Origin: Hyaloraphidium curvatum SAG 235-1
Lineage: Eukaryota; Fungi; Monoblepharomycota
Direction: 5' to 3'
Length of the DNA stretch: 64,000 nucleotides
NCBI GenBank assembly: GCA_025558095.1
Contig: JAIVFI010000020.1
Span: 124,001-188,000, forward strand
Under the pieces are notes generated by a model. That model saw nothing but the letters and a program-made list of their open reading frames with translations. It did no database searches and was not told where the DNA came from. Every line of letters begins with the position of its first letter. Position 1 is the stretch's first letter. Below are positions 1-11,639 of this stretch, one piece after another. The position numbers and the translations under genes are program-made.

Positions 1-1361
1 CGTTCTCGATGGCGTACATCATCCCATCGGCGACGTCGTCGGGCTGCAGTTTCGGCGGTTCTTAGCAACGAACTGGTGCAGGGAGCGAGGAAACCCACGA
101 CGAGGATCCCGAGCTCGTGCTCGTTGGCCTTGCCGAGTTCGTCCGCCCCCGGGATCGTGGTGAAAGAGGACCGTGCCAGCGGCGTGTTGACGGCGCCCGG
201 GTGGACAGCTGGCAAGTGCAATCAGCGCGTGCCATCTATCGTGCTGCTTGCGGAGCACTCACTGTGGACGCGGACCTTGGGTAGCAGCTTGGAGACGGAA
301 CGGGCAAAGTTGTAGACAAAAGACTTGGTGCCGACGTAGACGGGGAGCGACTTGACCTGCGGTGGAAGCCAGATGAGCTGTTCAGCGCTGGCAAGCGTTG
401 CCGGGGAGTCGACACACAGCATGGAAAGAGCCGATCGAGGCCGTAATGACGATCGTTCCAGGCTTATTCATCTCACGGAATTCAGCCATGGCTAGCTCTG
501 ACAATGGGTAGTGTAAGCGAGCGCCGCGCCGGTCGGGCTCGCGACACGAACGAGTTCCGTAGACAACGGCATTGACGTTGACGTCAACCATGGTCTTCCA
601 AGCGGTGTTGTCAGGGTTCTTCTCGTCAAAAAAGAACTTGTCGCCGTCGCCGATGCCGGCGTTGAGAATGACAATCTGCGATCAGACAACGCGCCGGGAG
701 GCGGGAAAGTCTGAGAATTCGAAAAGAGAGGTCCACGATGCTCCACCCACGTCCACCGTCGCGAAGCGCTTCATGCACTCGTCAAAGACCTTCTTCGTCC
801 CTTCGAAAGTCGACAGATCCGCTTGGACGAACGGGAAGAATCCAATGTCCAGCTCGCCGCCATAGCTTCCCCCGAAGAAAATCAGCTGACGGTCACGACG
901 CCAAAGAGCCCGTCCCACGTCGTGTCCAGCTCCTTCGCGAGTTTCTCGCCGCGCTCCGCGTCCTTGTCGGCCAGCACAACGATGGCACCCTGAAAGCGAT
1001 TCGTAGACGACGCCCGCAGCGACCAGAGACGGCATTCCGCAAGAAACCCGCGGCGGTGGGATGTAACGTTCGGCAAGGCACCGGAAAAACGCCCGGGGCG
1101 GGGGGAGACAGCGTTCCGGCAGACACGGGAGACAGGGAAACAACAAGGTCGACACCGTCAGACACGTCAATCTTGCCGCATGGGCACCGTACCCTAGCCG
1201 CGAGTTGCCGAGAAATGGCTTCGCCGCTATAGCAACGGACGATGAGAACCTTCAAGGGCCAGGAGGCCAGCAACCCACAATCCCGATGCCGCACCGGTCA
1301 CAATGCACACCTTCCGAGTCAGGTTCTTCTTGTGCGCCACGGCAGGACCTGCGGGAGCCAT
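1..1361 (-). CDS. Short-chain dehydrogenase/reductase (15-hydroxyprostaglandin dehydrogenase-like), multi-exon, 3' end runs off the window
   Basis: ATG at 1361 gives MAPAGPAVAHKKNLTRKVCIVTGAASGL (TGxxxG). Later exons give VLADKD, NAG, MVDVNVNAVVYGT, IVITASIGS and PVYVGTK (YxxxK). Confidence 0.85.
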
Positions 1362-1686
1362 TCTTTGGTCTAGAAGAGTAGGATTCCCGCGGTCGATTCG
1401 TTCAGGGGAGCTGCGGGTGCTTTGTTTGAACGACTGCCGGTTGCCGGACTTGCCGATCCGATCGCGGCCGGCGCTGCGCATGGCACGACATCGTGGAAGC
1501 GCGAAGTCCGTGCCGCGCAACTAAATGATTCTCTCCAACGTCTAACAAAGTAGAGCTTTCGAATCAATGGTCACATTCCTAGTCCGGCAGCTTGATGCGG
1601 CCGCCGGATCTCACTGTTTACGTCACTCGTGTCACGCGCTCCTAGTGCAAACTATCGCAAACAGCGGCCACTCGGCCATTTGAACC

Positions 1687-2828
1687 ATGGGCTTCGTTGG
1701 TGTCATGTCGGTATCTGCTTAGCAGCGCGTCCTTCGCGTTTCTGACGGCCGCGGCCGGGATCCAGCGTGGGAGGCACCCGCGGCATTGGGCACGCGCTCG
1801 CGAAAGCTCTGGCCCAGGACGTCGCGTCGAGCCAAGACGGGGGTGTCGTCTACCTCACCGCGGTGAGCGAACGTGCTGGAACAGGCGAAGTACACGCTGA
1901 GGCTACAACGCTTCCAGCGCAACGAGGAATCGGGCCGCAAGGCCGTTGAAACAATCCCGGTCCCCGCTGCCGGCAGTACCTCCGTCAAATACCTCGTTGC
2001 CGATCTTTCGGATCCCTCGACACTCGATTCTTTGGCAGAACACGTTCGCAAAGAGCACCCGGAAGGGCTGGACGCGTTGGGTGGGCACCCACCTCCTTGT
2101 CACTGAGGTCTCAGACTCATTCGTGCCCTTTTCACCTGATTCGGCTGTTGCCTCTTTCCCAGTCATCAACGGGGCCTATGCACCCCGCGACGGAATCCCC
2201 GCCGACGAAGATGCCCCCCTCATGATTAGGACCAACAACCACGGCACCGAGCACCTCCTCCGTACCTTCCCGACGCTGATGAAGCCCGGCGGAAGGATCC
2301 TTGTTGTCGCATCGGGATTTGGGATGCTGAAGAATATTCCGGGCAAGGCAACAAGGGACAAGTTCCGGGCGGCTATATCGAAGGGCGACATTTCTGGGGT
2401 TGGAGCGTTGATGGACCAGTATGTGGCCGAAACTTTAGCCGGCACCGAGTCGGAGGAATGGGGAGGGTGGGTCAATGGGCCTTCGAAAGGTGGATTGGAA
2501 CTGCATTGCCTTGTCGCCTGGGCAGTCTTACAAGTCCCTCCTCGTGCGGACAGTCGGTCAAGTCGCTGCCGCCCGCGCCCTCGCAACATCTCTTGCCTCG
2601 CAACCTCCGTCTTCCCGGCCCTTCATCATGGCTGTTAACCCTGGGTGGACTTACACTGACGCGGCGGGCCCGTACATCGCCAAGAGCGAGGACCTGCAGA
2701 AGATTGCGAAGCAGCCTGACGAGGCCGCCGCTTACCTGCTTGGGTACGTGAAGGAGCCGAAGCCGCAGTGGTTCGGGGAGCTGGTACGCTACAACGAGAT
2801 CCAGCCGTTCGACGAGGAGAAGCCTTAG
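1687..2828 (+). CDS. Carbonyl-reductase-like SDR, copy 1 (atypical, lacks the catalytic Tyr), spliced
   Basis: MGFVGVI|VGGTRGIGHALA, VYLTA, ADLSD, VINGA, TNNHGT, VVASGFG, WVNGPSK|VGQVAAAR, AVNPGWTYTD; several short GT-AG introns. Confidence 0.85.
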
Positions 2829-3189
2829 TGTAAAGAGGATTGGATCTTCTTCGCGAATGCAGCTGTCCCGGCCCGCAGGTCACGTGAGCAGCATACAGTA
2901 TGCTCTTTTGGTTAATCCTGCTTCGGCAGGCTGACTGAGGAAAGGAGCGCGAAGCTTGGGGGACAAAGACGCAATCCCGACCCTCGCGCTGGCGAATAGA
3001 CCGACATTCAATGCAGCTTCACATGAGCTGCTTTCTTTTGAGGTCCCTCTGAAGGCAGGCTTTCGGTTCAACGTCCAATGAATGCTAACGCCGTGGGCTG
3101 CTAATGCGGCCGGTGGATCCGACTGTTTACGTCACCCCGCGTCCTATTTGCAAACCATCGCGGACATCTCCGTCGCACCGAGTTGAGCC

Positions 3190-4331
3190 ATGGGCTTCGT
3201 TGGTGTCATGTCGGTATCTGCTTAGCAGCGCGTTCTTCGCGTTTCTGACGGCCACGGCCGGGATTCAGCGTGGGAGGCACACGCGGAATCGGGCACGCGC
3301 TGGCGAAAGCTCTGGCCGAGGACGTCGGGTCCGGCCAAGGTGGAGGTGTCGTCTACCTTACGGCGGTGAGAGAGCGTGCTGGAGACATCGCGAGCATAGT
3401 CTCATGCTACGACGCCGTCAGCGCAACGACGAATCGGGCCGCAAGGCCGTTGAAACAATCCCCGTCCCGGCCGCGGGCAACACTTCCGTCAAATACCTCG
3501 TTGCCGATCTTTCGGATCCCTCGACACTCGATTCTTTGGCAGAATACGTGCGCAAAGAGCACCCCGGCGGGCTGGACGCGTTGGGTGGGCACCTACGGCC
3601 CGCCGCGTGTATCCCCGGACTCATTCGTCTTCTTCTAACCGGATTCTGCTTTTGCCTGATCGTAGTCATCAACGGAGCCTATGCCGCCCGCCCCGGTGTT
3701 CCCGCCGCCGAAGATGCCCCCCTCATGATTAGAACCAACAACCAGGGCACCGTGCACCTCCTCCGTAGCTTCCCGGCGCTGATGAAACCCGGCGGAAGGA
3801 TTCTTGTCGTCGCCTCGGGGTTCGGCTTGCTCAAGACAATCCCGGGCAAGGCAACGAGGGACCATTTTCGGGCGGCAATCGCGAAAGGGGACGTTTCTGG
3901 AGTCGGCTCGCTCATGGACGAGTACGTGGCCAAGACTTCGGCTGGCACCGAGACGGAGGAATGGGGAGGATGGGTCAATGGGCCTTCAAAAGGTGGCTCG
4001 ATCTGCAGTGCCCCGTCGTGAGGTGGCTTTTGACATTTCCGTCCTCGTGCGAACAGTCGGTCAAGTCGCCGCCCTCCGCGCCCTCGCGACCTCTCTTGCC
4101 TCGCAACCTCCGTCGTCCCGGCCCTTCGTCATGGCTGTCTGTCCCGGCTGGACGTACACGGACGCTGCGGGGCCATATATCGCCAAGAGCGAGGACCTGC
4201 AGAAGATTGCGAAGCAGCCCGACGAGGCCGCCGCTTACCTGCTTGGGTACGTGAAGGAGCCCAAGGAGGAGTGGTTCGGGGAGCTGGTGCAGTACAACAA
4301 GATCCTCCCGTTCGACGAGGGGAAGCCTTAG
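3190..4331 (+). CDS. Carbonyl-reductase-like SDR, copy 2 (tandem paralogue)
   Basis: Near-identical exon structure and sequence to 1687-2828, including intron and upstream sequence; ends ILPFDEGKP. Confidence 0.85.
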
Positions 4332-4581
4332 GACTCGAGATGGTCAGATCGGGAGATCCTTTGCAGGTGCACGTGTGCCGGCCCACAGGTCGCATGTAGT
4401 GCGTGCTCTCGTAAATCAGTCTAGTGCTCGCGCGTTCTCATCGTGGAAAAGAGCGCGACGTAGAGTGCATGGGAGAGGCGGGAATCAGTTTCCGCCTGCC
4501 GCCACTCCGCCCGCGGACAGGTCTCCCACGAACACCGTTCTCCTCTCGCGGTCCTCCTGGTCCTCTTTTCTCGTACATGAC

Positions 4582-5360
4582 ATGGCGTTAAACGCCGATC
4601 AACGGGCTGCCCACGCTGAGACGCTGTCGAAGGTGGGACGCCGTGGAGAGCGTGCGAGGTTCGCCGTTCCCGCCACCTGCGGTCGACGCAACCCCCGCTT
4701 CCCCGCGTGCCTTGGGGCCGAAGACTTCGCAGCTGACACTATGCCGCCTTCCGCACTTGCTCTCCGCGCCATTTCGCGGCTCCCTTGTGCTCGGTCTGCG
4801 TCTGGATCCCTGCGTGCTCTCTCTCTCCTCCGCTCCTCCCCTTTTCCTTCCCCGCTTTCCCTCTTCGCCGTCATCTTCGACAGATTCAGGAGATCCTCGA
4901 CGCACACGGCTACTCGGACGCTACTCCCCTTTCCCGTGTGCCCAACATCTTCAAACCGTCCCACTGCCATCCCTTCGACGCCATGGGAATCGTTTTCGGA
5001 GGGCGTTTCCGGGTGCGGACGGACGACAACGTCTTTGACTGTGTGCGTACTCAATGTCTCGTCTAATGGAGCTTCTGATGCGAACATTTGATTCACCAGG
5101 CACCCGATCCGAAGACGAGGATCTCTCAACCCTTCTTTGTTCCCAGCATGACGCTGCACACCGAGGAGACGTGGGGACAGGGCGCCATGATGGTGATCGG
5201 GCGGAAGTGGCCGGAAGGCGACCTCGGTGCGTCCCGCCATCCACTTTTGCTTCTTCAAGAGCTGACTGTCCACGATCGGGCAGAGCAAATAACGGAGGGC
5301 AAAATCACGAAGCTGCCGCAGAAGTCGGAGGAGGTCGTTGGGTCCAAAAACAGGCTCTAG
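4582..5360 (+). CDS. Small cupin-fold protein, spliced
   Basis: MALNADQRAAHAETLSK|..EILDAHGYS..PSHCHPFDAMGIVFGGRFRV..|..FFVPSMTLHTEETWGQGAMMVIGRK. The HxH and distal H match the cupin motifs 1 and 2. Confidence 0.6.
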
Positions 5361-5506
5361 AATAGAAGGCCGCGTTGAGTGGACAAGATGGATGCCATGG
5401 ATGTTCGAGGACGTGCGTCACGTGATCGCCCGGCCCGCGAAATCAGCCGTCCTCGATTCCCGCACACCCCCTGCCGAAGGCCAGGGCAGATAGCGACGGG
5501 CCCAAA

Positions 5507-6868
5507 ATGGCCACCGTGGCGGCCTTGTCCTCCGCGCCGTCTTCGGCGGTCAACTTCTTCGACTCCACGACGGAGATTCGCCGGGTCGGAAACACCAACG
5601 AATACGTCGGCCGGGTCCACAAGACCTGGGCGAACCCCGACAAGGGGGCCTTTGGCGGGGTGGGCTTCGGTCGGCCCCTCTTCTTTGCGCTTCTGACCTC
5701 GATTGCCCCGCCAGGCCGGCGTCATGTACATGCTGCGGGCTCTGATCCTCCACGCGACACAGATTGGCTTCCCCACGCCGGTCTCCTTCACGTGCGGCTT
5801 TCCCGGGGCGCCAAAGGAGGACAACTTCTTTCGTATCCAGACCGAGACGGTGCGCAAGGGCCGCTCGCTCCTTTTCGTTCGGGCCACCATGGCCGGCGCG
5901 AAACCCGGCGACGATCCGCTGCTCGTGGCCCAAGGCATGTTTGCCTCGCGCACCCGGCAGGTCGACATCTTCCCGCCGAGGGCGCTGCCGGGGATGTCGT
6001 CGCCGCAGCCGAAATCGGACGACCTGGTGCCGCTGCTGCCCCTGATCGGCATGCAGGGCGTGATCAAGCACTTTGAGGCGCACGCGGACCTTCGTGTCTC
6101 GAAGTCCGAGTATTTGAGGGCCGCTGTGGAGTTGAGGGACCTTCTGGCCAACGTGAAGGATGGCGCGGACGCCGAGGCGATCATGTTGCGGGCGTGGTCG
6201 GTGCTGACACCCGACATCTGGGTCGCCCACAAGCCCGATCCCGCGCTTGGCGGCCGCAGGAGGCGCCCCGACGAGGTTTCAATGGGATACTGGTCAGACG
6301 TTTTCATGACGATGGCGCAATCGGCGCTGCTCCCTCTGGACCTGGTGAAGACCATCCCGAAGCTGCTGAAGCGGGCCGAGCAAAAGGGGAGCGAGCACCT
6401 CCGCGATGTCGTCGACGGCTTGGAGGCGCCGAAGCTGGAGAACATCGCCTTGGCCTACCAGACGGGCGAGGACGGAGAAGGACGGGTGGGCAGGAAGCCG
6501 GGCCCGAAAGGCATGGCTGATGTTGGTGAATTCAAGTACTTGCGCCCGAGGTGAGGCTCCTCGTCGGTCATTCGATCGCTAGTGCTGACTAGGTGCCTGC
6601 CCCATGAAGCACGAGCAGCTTGACGATGCATTGGCTGCCTCTCCCCCCTGGCAGCCCCATGGACCGCCTGGACGACGGCCCGCTCCGATCCGACGACGAG
6701 GACTTTAAGAGCTCCGCCGTCGTGCTCCGCGTCCAGATGACGGCGCAGGCGCGCGACGTCTCGGAGCGGGAGGTGCAGATGTTCCTGCCGGACGCCCAGG
6801 GCACGTACCAGATGGTCTGCGTGGCCCGTCAGATCCTCTTCTGGCGCTACCTTTCCGTCAAGCTCTGA
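5507..6868 (+). CDS. Acyl-CoA thioesterase (TesB-like double hotdog), spliced
   Basis: YVGRVHKTWANPDKGAFGG, ETVRKGRS, CPxSTSSLTMHW, SEREVQMF..VCVARQ; introns near 5660-5713 and 6551-6592. Confidence 0.7.
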
Positions 6869-7169
6869 GGAATGCGGGCTGATTCTACTTTGGCGACATC
6901 GCTACGACAAGCAAGCTCGGAGTTTCCGAAGATTGTGCTGCTGAAGGCGTGCCGAATGAAGGTGCCAGGTGCTGCTGATAGACAGAAGCTATTGCTAGAT
7001 GTAGAATCGCCCATAGAATTGTGACATTTAGTTAGCCATCGCTGGGAGTGGGGTGCGATGAGTCCGGCTGCCGGGCGGCGAGGCGGGCGGAGCTTGCGAT
7101 CGCCACGACGCTCAAAAGTCGGACCCTGACCTCCGCTTGCGACTCACCGCCCGGGATCAACGCAACCGC

Positions 7170-8240
7170 ATGGGAGGTTCATTCTCGACGCAGCCCGCTT
7201 CCGCCGAGCAGCTCGACGTTCCGCGCTCCGGCACGATGGCCGACGCCGGGCAGTCGAAGGCCCCCTCGTTCGGGCACCCTCTCGATGTGCACATCCCCCC
7301 GTCGGAAACCCACACGCCCGTGGTTTCGCCGTCGCAGCTGCGGCGCGGCGATGCCGTCTACTACGTCTTCTCCCTTTCCGATCACAAGGTGGACGGCAAC
7401 CCCTCTTCCTTGGGCTCCTCCCTCCCCGCCAACATCCTGGCCTCGGCCAAGGCCCCGCCCAAGGGCGGCGTGCACCTCGCCCTGGACTTTGACGCCCTCT
7501 CCCTGGACGCCCGCGCCCGCCACGTGGCCATTTACGTCGGCACCGCCTGCGTGCCGTGCCGCAGGCCCCTGCCGATGGAGGCCGCCGAGTGCGACCAGTG
7601 CGGCCGCAAGGCGCGGCGGGACCTGCTCGTCGAGCGCATGAACGAGACCGCTATGATCATCCCTCCGGACTGCAACGGCGCGGACGACGAGCTCTGCGCG
7701 CTCGAATGGGTCGAGCAGCGCAAGCTCGCCAAGGGCACCCAGGCCGGGGCCGTCAAGAAGGTCGCCGTGCTCTGGTCCACCTTCCCTTCCTTCCTCGCGC
7801 GGGCCTCGAAGCTGCACATGCCGGTGTGGCGGCTCGATGCTCCCAGGGGGGCCAAGGACATCCACCCGGACGAGCGCGCCGCGCGCGCGCTCTACTTCCT
7901 CGGGAAGGAAGAGGTCGGCGGGATGCCCTACTCCCTCCTCGCCAACAACTGCGAGACCTTTGCCGCCTGGTGCTGCTGGGACGTGATCGAGAGCGCGCAG
8001 GTCCAGCACGCGCTGTCTACGGCCTACTCTGGCGCCATGGGGTTGCTGGGCGTCGGGCTGGCCGTGATCGCCGCGTCGTTCATCTACGGCGCCGTGCGGA
8101 GCGCCCGCAGCGACCCGGAGCCGCAGCCCATGGAGGGCAGGCCGCGGAGCCGCAGCCGCAGCCAGGAGCGCCGGCCGTGGGAGTTTGAGTCTTCTGGTGC
8201 AGCGAACGCTGCGATGATGATGCACGGCAGGCCGTCTTGA
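7170..8240 (+). CDS. LRAT/PLAAT-type (permuted NlpC/P60, NC domain) protein with C-terminal TM helix
   Basis: LRRGDAVY, RHVAIYVG, YSLLANNCETFAAWC, then hydrophobic LLGVGLAVIAASFIYGAV; the N-terminal MG is a possible myristoylation site. Confidence 0.8.
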   Translation: MGGSFSTQPASAEQLDVPRSGTMADAGQSKAPSFGHPLDVHIPPSETHTPVVSPSQLRRGDAVYYVFSLSDHKVDGNPSSLGSSLPANILASAKAPPKGGVHLALDFDALSLDARARHVAIYVGTACVPCRRPLPMEAAECDQCGRKARRDLLVERMNETAMIIPPDCNGADDELCALEWVEQRKLAKGTQAGAVKKVAVLWSTFPSFLARASKLHMPVWRLDAPRGAKDIHPDERAARALYFLGKEEVGGMPYSLLANNCETFAAWCCWDVIESAQVQHALSTAYSGAMGLLGVGLAVIAASFIYGAVRSARSDPEPQPMEGRPRSRSRSQERRPWEFESSGAANAAMMMHGRPS

Positions 8241-8334
8241 CGGACGAGGCCGCTCACGAACACTTGGACACCGCACAAAGCAAACGGAGTTTGTTGTAAC
8301 TTGCGAATTAGATGCCATTGCACTGCACTTTCTA

Positions 8335-9265
8335 CTACAGTTCGGGCCAGACCATCTTGCCGCTCGCAACTTCCCACGCTTTGCCCGTCAGAAACACCCT
8401 CTTCTTTTCGCGGTCCCACCTCACGCCAATCTCCCCGGTCCTCGCACTATCCTGCCTCCCGCGCATCTCGTCCGCCCCGAGCTTGGGAGCCCAAAGGCAC
8501 GCGAGCGTGCAGTGTGCGGAACCTGTCGCCGGGTCTTCCGGGATGCCGGCGTTGGGGCCGAAGAAGCGCGAGAGGAAGTGCGGTCCGCCCTCTGGACCGC
8601 GCACGGTGACGATCACTCCGCGGCCAGGAATCTTGGCCTGCTTTCGCGATCAGACGAAGTGCGACACGGGAACCAGCAAGTACCAACCAGCGCCGTCATG
8701 TTGGTCTTCAGATCCCGCAGGTTGTACCCCTCCTTGAGCACCACGACGACGTCGTCCTTGCCCCTCCCCGTCCACTCGACCGCCTCCCTGGCGACCCCGA
8801 GCCCGGCCGTGATTCCCGTCCATATCGCCTCCTCGTCCGCGGCCTGCGGCACGTCCTCCGGGAAATCGAGCTCCACCTCGTCCCCCTTCCGACGCGCGAC
8901 GAGGGTCCCGGAAAGGGTCTCGAAGTCGATGCTCTGCAGCGACGCGTCGACGGAGAAGAGGTGCGCGGCCGAAGCCAGCGTCGCGTGGCCACAGAGGGAG
9001 ACCTCGACGGCGGGGGTGAACCACCGCAGCTTGTGCTTTCCGGGCGACTGTGGCATCAGGAAAGCCGTTTCGCTGAGGTTGAACTCCCTGGAATGGCCCG
9101 TCAGGGAGGCAGACCGAGGAGGCAGCTCGAGGAGACAAACGCGGCAATCTTCTTCAGGACCTCATCGCCGGGCCACGACGGGCCGGAGAGCGGCACGATG
9201 GCGGCGGGGTTCCCCGCGAACGGGCGCGCGGCGAACGCGTCGACGACGGCGAACGCGAACGACAT
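8335..9265 (-). CDS. PhzF family epimerase-like protein, spliced
   Basis: VVDAFAARPFAGNPAAIV, NLSETAF, LRWFTPAVEVSLCGHATLA, SRFFGPNAGIPEDPATGSAHC. Confidence 0.93.
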
Positions 9266-9301
9266 AGTGAGCGGGGAGTCGACGACGGCGAACGCGAACG
9301 A
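9239..9301. repeat. 24-bp perfect direct repeat spanning the PhzF start
   Basis: gtcgacgacggcgaacgcgaacga at 9239-9262 and 9278-9301. Confidence 0.9.
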
Positions 9302-9735
9302 AGTGCGCCGGCGGGCGGAGTTGTCTGGTGGCGCGGTTGGCGCGGGTCGGCCGGGATGCACCTCGAATCTTCCGCGCAGAGAAGCCACGGGTCTCACTCC
9401 AAACATTGAAACATTGGCCGATCGGCTACAAATGGACTCTATTTGCGTCTGTCGGATCGTTTCAGGGGACTCGCGACGCTCCGCCCGACCGGAATGAATT
9501 GCCTTTCCCCCCCCCGCCAGTCAGTCCCACACAGCCAGACGCGCCAGCTCGCCAGCAGTCGCAAGCTCTGCCATCCTCGCACGGCGTTGGGGTCCTCCGT
9601 CGGACGCGGCGCTGCGTCAGCCTTGCGCTCGGGGCGGTGCGCGGGGACCCCATCGCAACGCCAGTCAGCCATCTATAAACATTGCGACGCGCCGCGCCGA
9701 TCGGCCCGACGAAAACAACTGGACTCCCGCAGACC

Positions 9736-11390
9736 ATGCAATCTCCGACAGACGGTGCTTGCGCTCCCGCCGACGGCACGCTGCCGGCCATGGACGGCCC
9801 TGCGTCTCCCCCGGCCTCGCAGCCCTCTGCATCGCCGCCGCCGGCCTCTCCCCCTCGACCCGCCCCTCGCCCCCGCCCGCCGCCCATAACCACCATCACA
9901 ACCGCCCCCGCGCCCTCGCCTGTCACGCACCGCCGCGTGCCGTCGCGTCCCACCCCCGCCGCCAACGTGCCCGAACACCCCGTTCCGCGGCACCCTCCCC
10001 CGCGGGTGGAGTCGGCGCCGCACCGCCCGCGCCTGCGCAACATCGTGTCGCCGCTGCTCGCTGCGGGCCCGGCGAAGCAGACGGACGACGGCGGTGGGAT
10101 CTCATGGCCCGGCCCCGGGGGCGGGAAGGTGCAGGAAGACGGGAAACCGGCGAGCCCGGCGCGGGTGATGCTGGAGCCCAAGACGAGGTGCGGGGGGCAT
10201 TGCGGGGCCGGTCGGGGGTTCTGGGTGCTCGTGGTGCTCGGTGGGCATTTCATTCGCCTTTGTCGGGTCCGCACCGTGGTTGACGGGTCGCGCCGCGTTT
10301 GACAGGTGTCGTGGTGCTGCTGACCGTGGTCATCGCGCCGACTGCTGTGGTCTTTTCGAGGTCGTCGGAGGTTGAAGCGGACACCGGCAGCCCCAGCGGC
10401 GGACTTATCGAGATACCGTTGTCTGCGACCACGTTAATGTACCCCTCCCCGACGCCGGTGCGGACCACGCGTCGGACCACGACGGTGAGCACCATCTTGC
10501 CCCATCGCACGCACCACTCGGAGCTCACCGATCCTCCCGCGGACCAGAAATCCCGCACTACGACGACCACCACCACCCGCCGCACCCTCCCCGCGCCCGA
10601 CGCCCCCCTCCCCCGGGTCGCCCCGCTTCCGCCGGCCCAGCCCATCCGCGGCTGCGTCGTCCCGGGCACCATGGCGCTGACCTTCGACGACGGCCCCTCG
10701 GCTGTGCACACGGCGAGGATACTGGACGTGCTGGGCCGGGAGGGGGTGCCGGCGACCTTCTTCGTGGGTCTTCCGTTTGCGGCCCGACGGCGGGGCATGC
10801 TGATCCTTCCGGGTCCTCAGATCAACGGCCGCAACGACGGCGACATCACCCGCGAACCCTGGCTCTCTATCGTCCGCCGCATGCCCGCCGAGGGCCACGC
10901 CGTGGCCAGCCACACGTGGTCGCACCGCGTCCTGCCCTGGGCCACCGAAGCTGAGGTCCGTTCGGAGCTGGCGATGCTGGAGAACGCGACTTGGCACCAG
11001 TACGGCTTCCGCGCCGCCTACTTCAGACCGCCCCAGGGGAAGCACGGCGAGGATGTGCGGAGGCTACTGGGGGAGCACGGGTACAGGAGGATCGTGATGT
11101 GGAACGTGGACACGGAGGACTTTGCGTCGCGGGAGGACCCGGAGCCGCCGTTCCGCGCCTTCCTGCGGGACATCGCGTTCGTGGACAAGGAGAGGGAGGG
11201 GGCCATCGTGCTCATGCACGACCTGTACGGGGGCACGGCGAGGGGGCTCGTGGAGATGGTCGTCAAATGGGCGAGGGGCAACGGGTGGAGGCTGGTGCCG
11301 CTGCACGTCTGCCTGGGGGACAGGGCCGAGGAGGTCTACAAGCCAGGTGCCAGGCCCATCAACGAGCACATCTCGCGGTACCATCGGTGA
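9736..11390 (+). CDS. Polysaccharide/chitin deacetylase (CE4) with Pro-rich N-terminus, TM helix and Thr-rich stalk; copy 1
   Basis: CVVPGTMALTFDDGP, ATFF, HTWSH, FRPPQG, WNVDTEDF, IVLMHD; TM segment FWVLVVL|GVVVLLTVVIAPTAVV. Confidence 0.88.
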
Positions 11391-11639
11391 TGGCTGGAGA
11401 GGGACTCCGGGGAGATGAGGGGATCGGCAGGGCAACGGGCCGGCCAAGGGCGTAGGGGCCCTGGATACAACCTACAAGAACATGTAGACGAGCTAGAACT
11501 ATACCAATGCTTTGTCACTCCGTTGCTTTGGCAGCTCTGGCTGTTTGCTTGGGGGCTTTCGGGACCGGCCAGGGGCAAGGAACCCGCCCGCGTGCGGACG
11601 CTCCCCCAAACAACCGATCGAACCCCGAATCCCGGCCCG

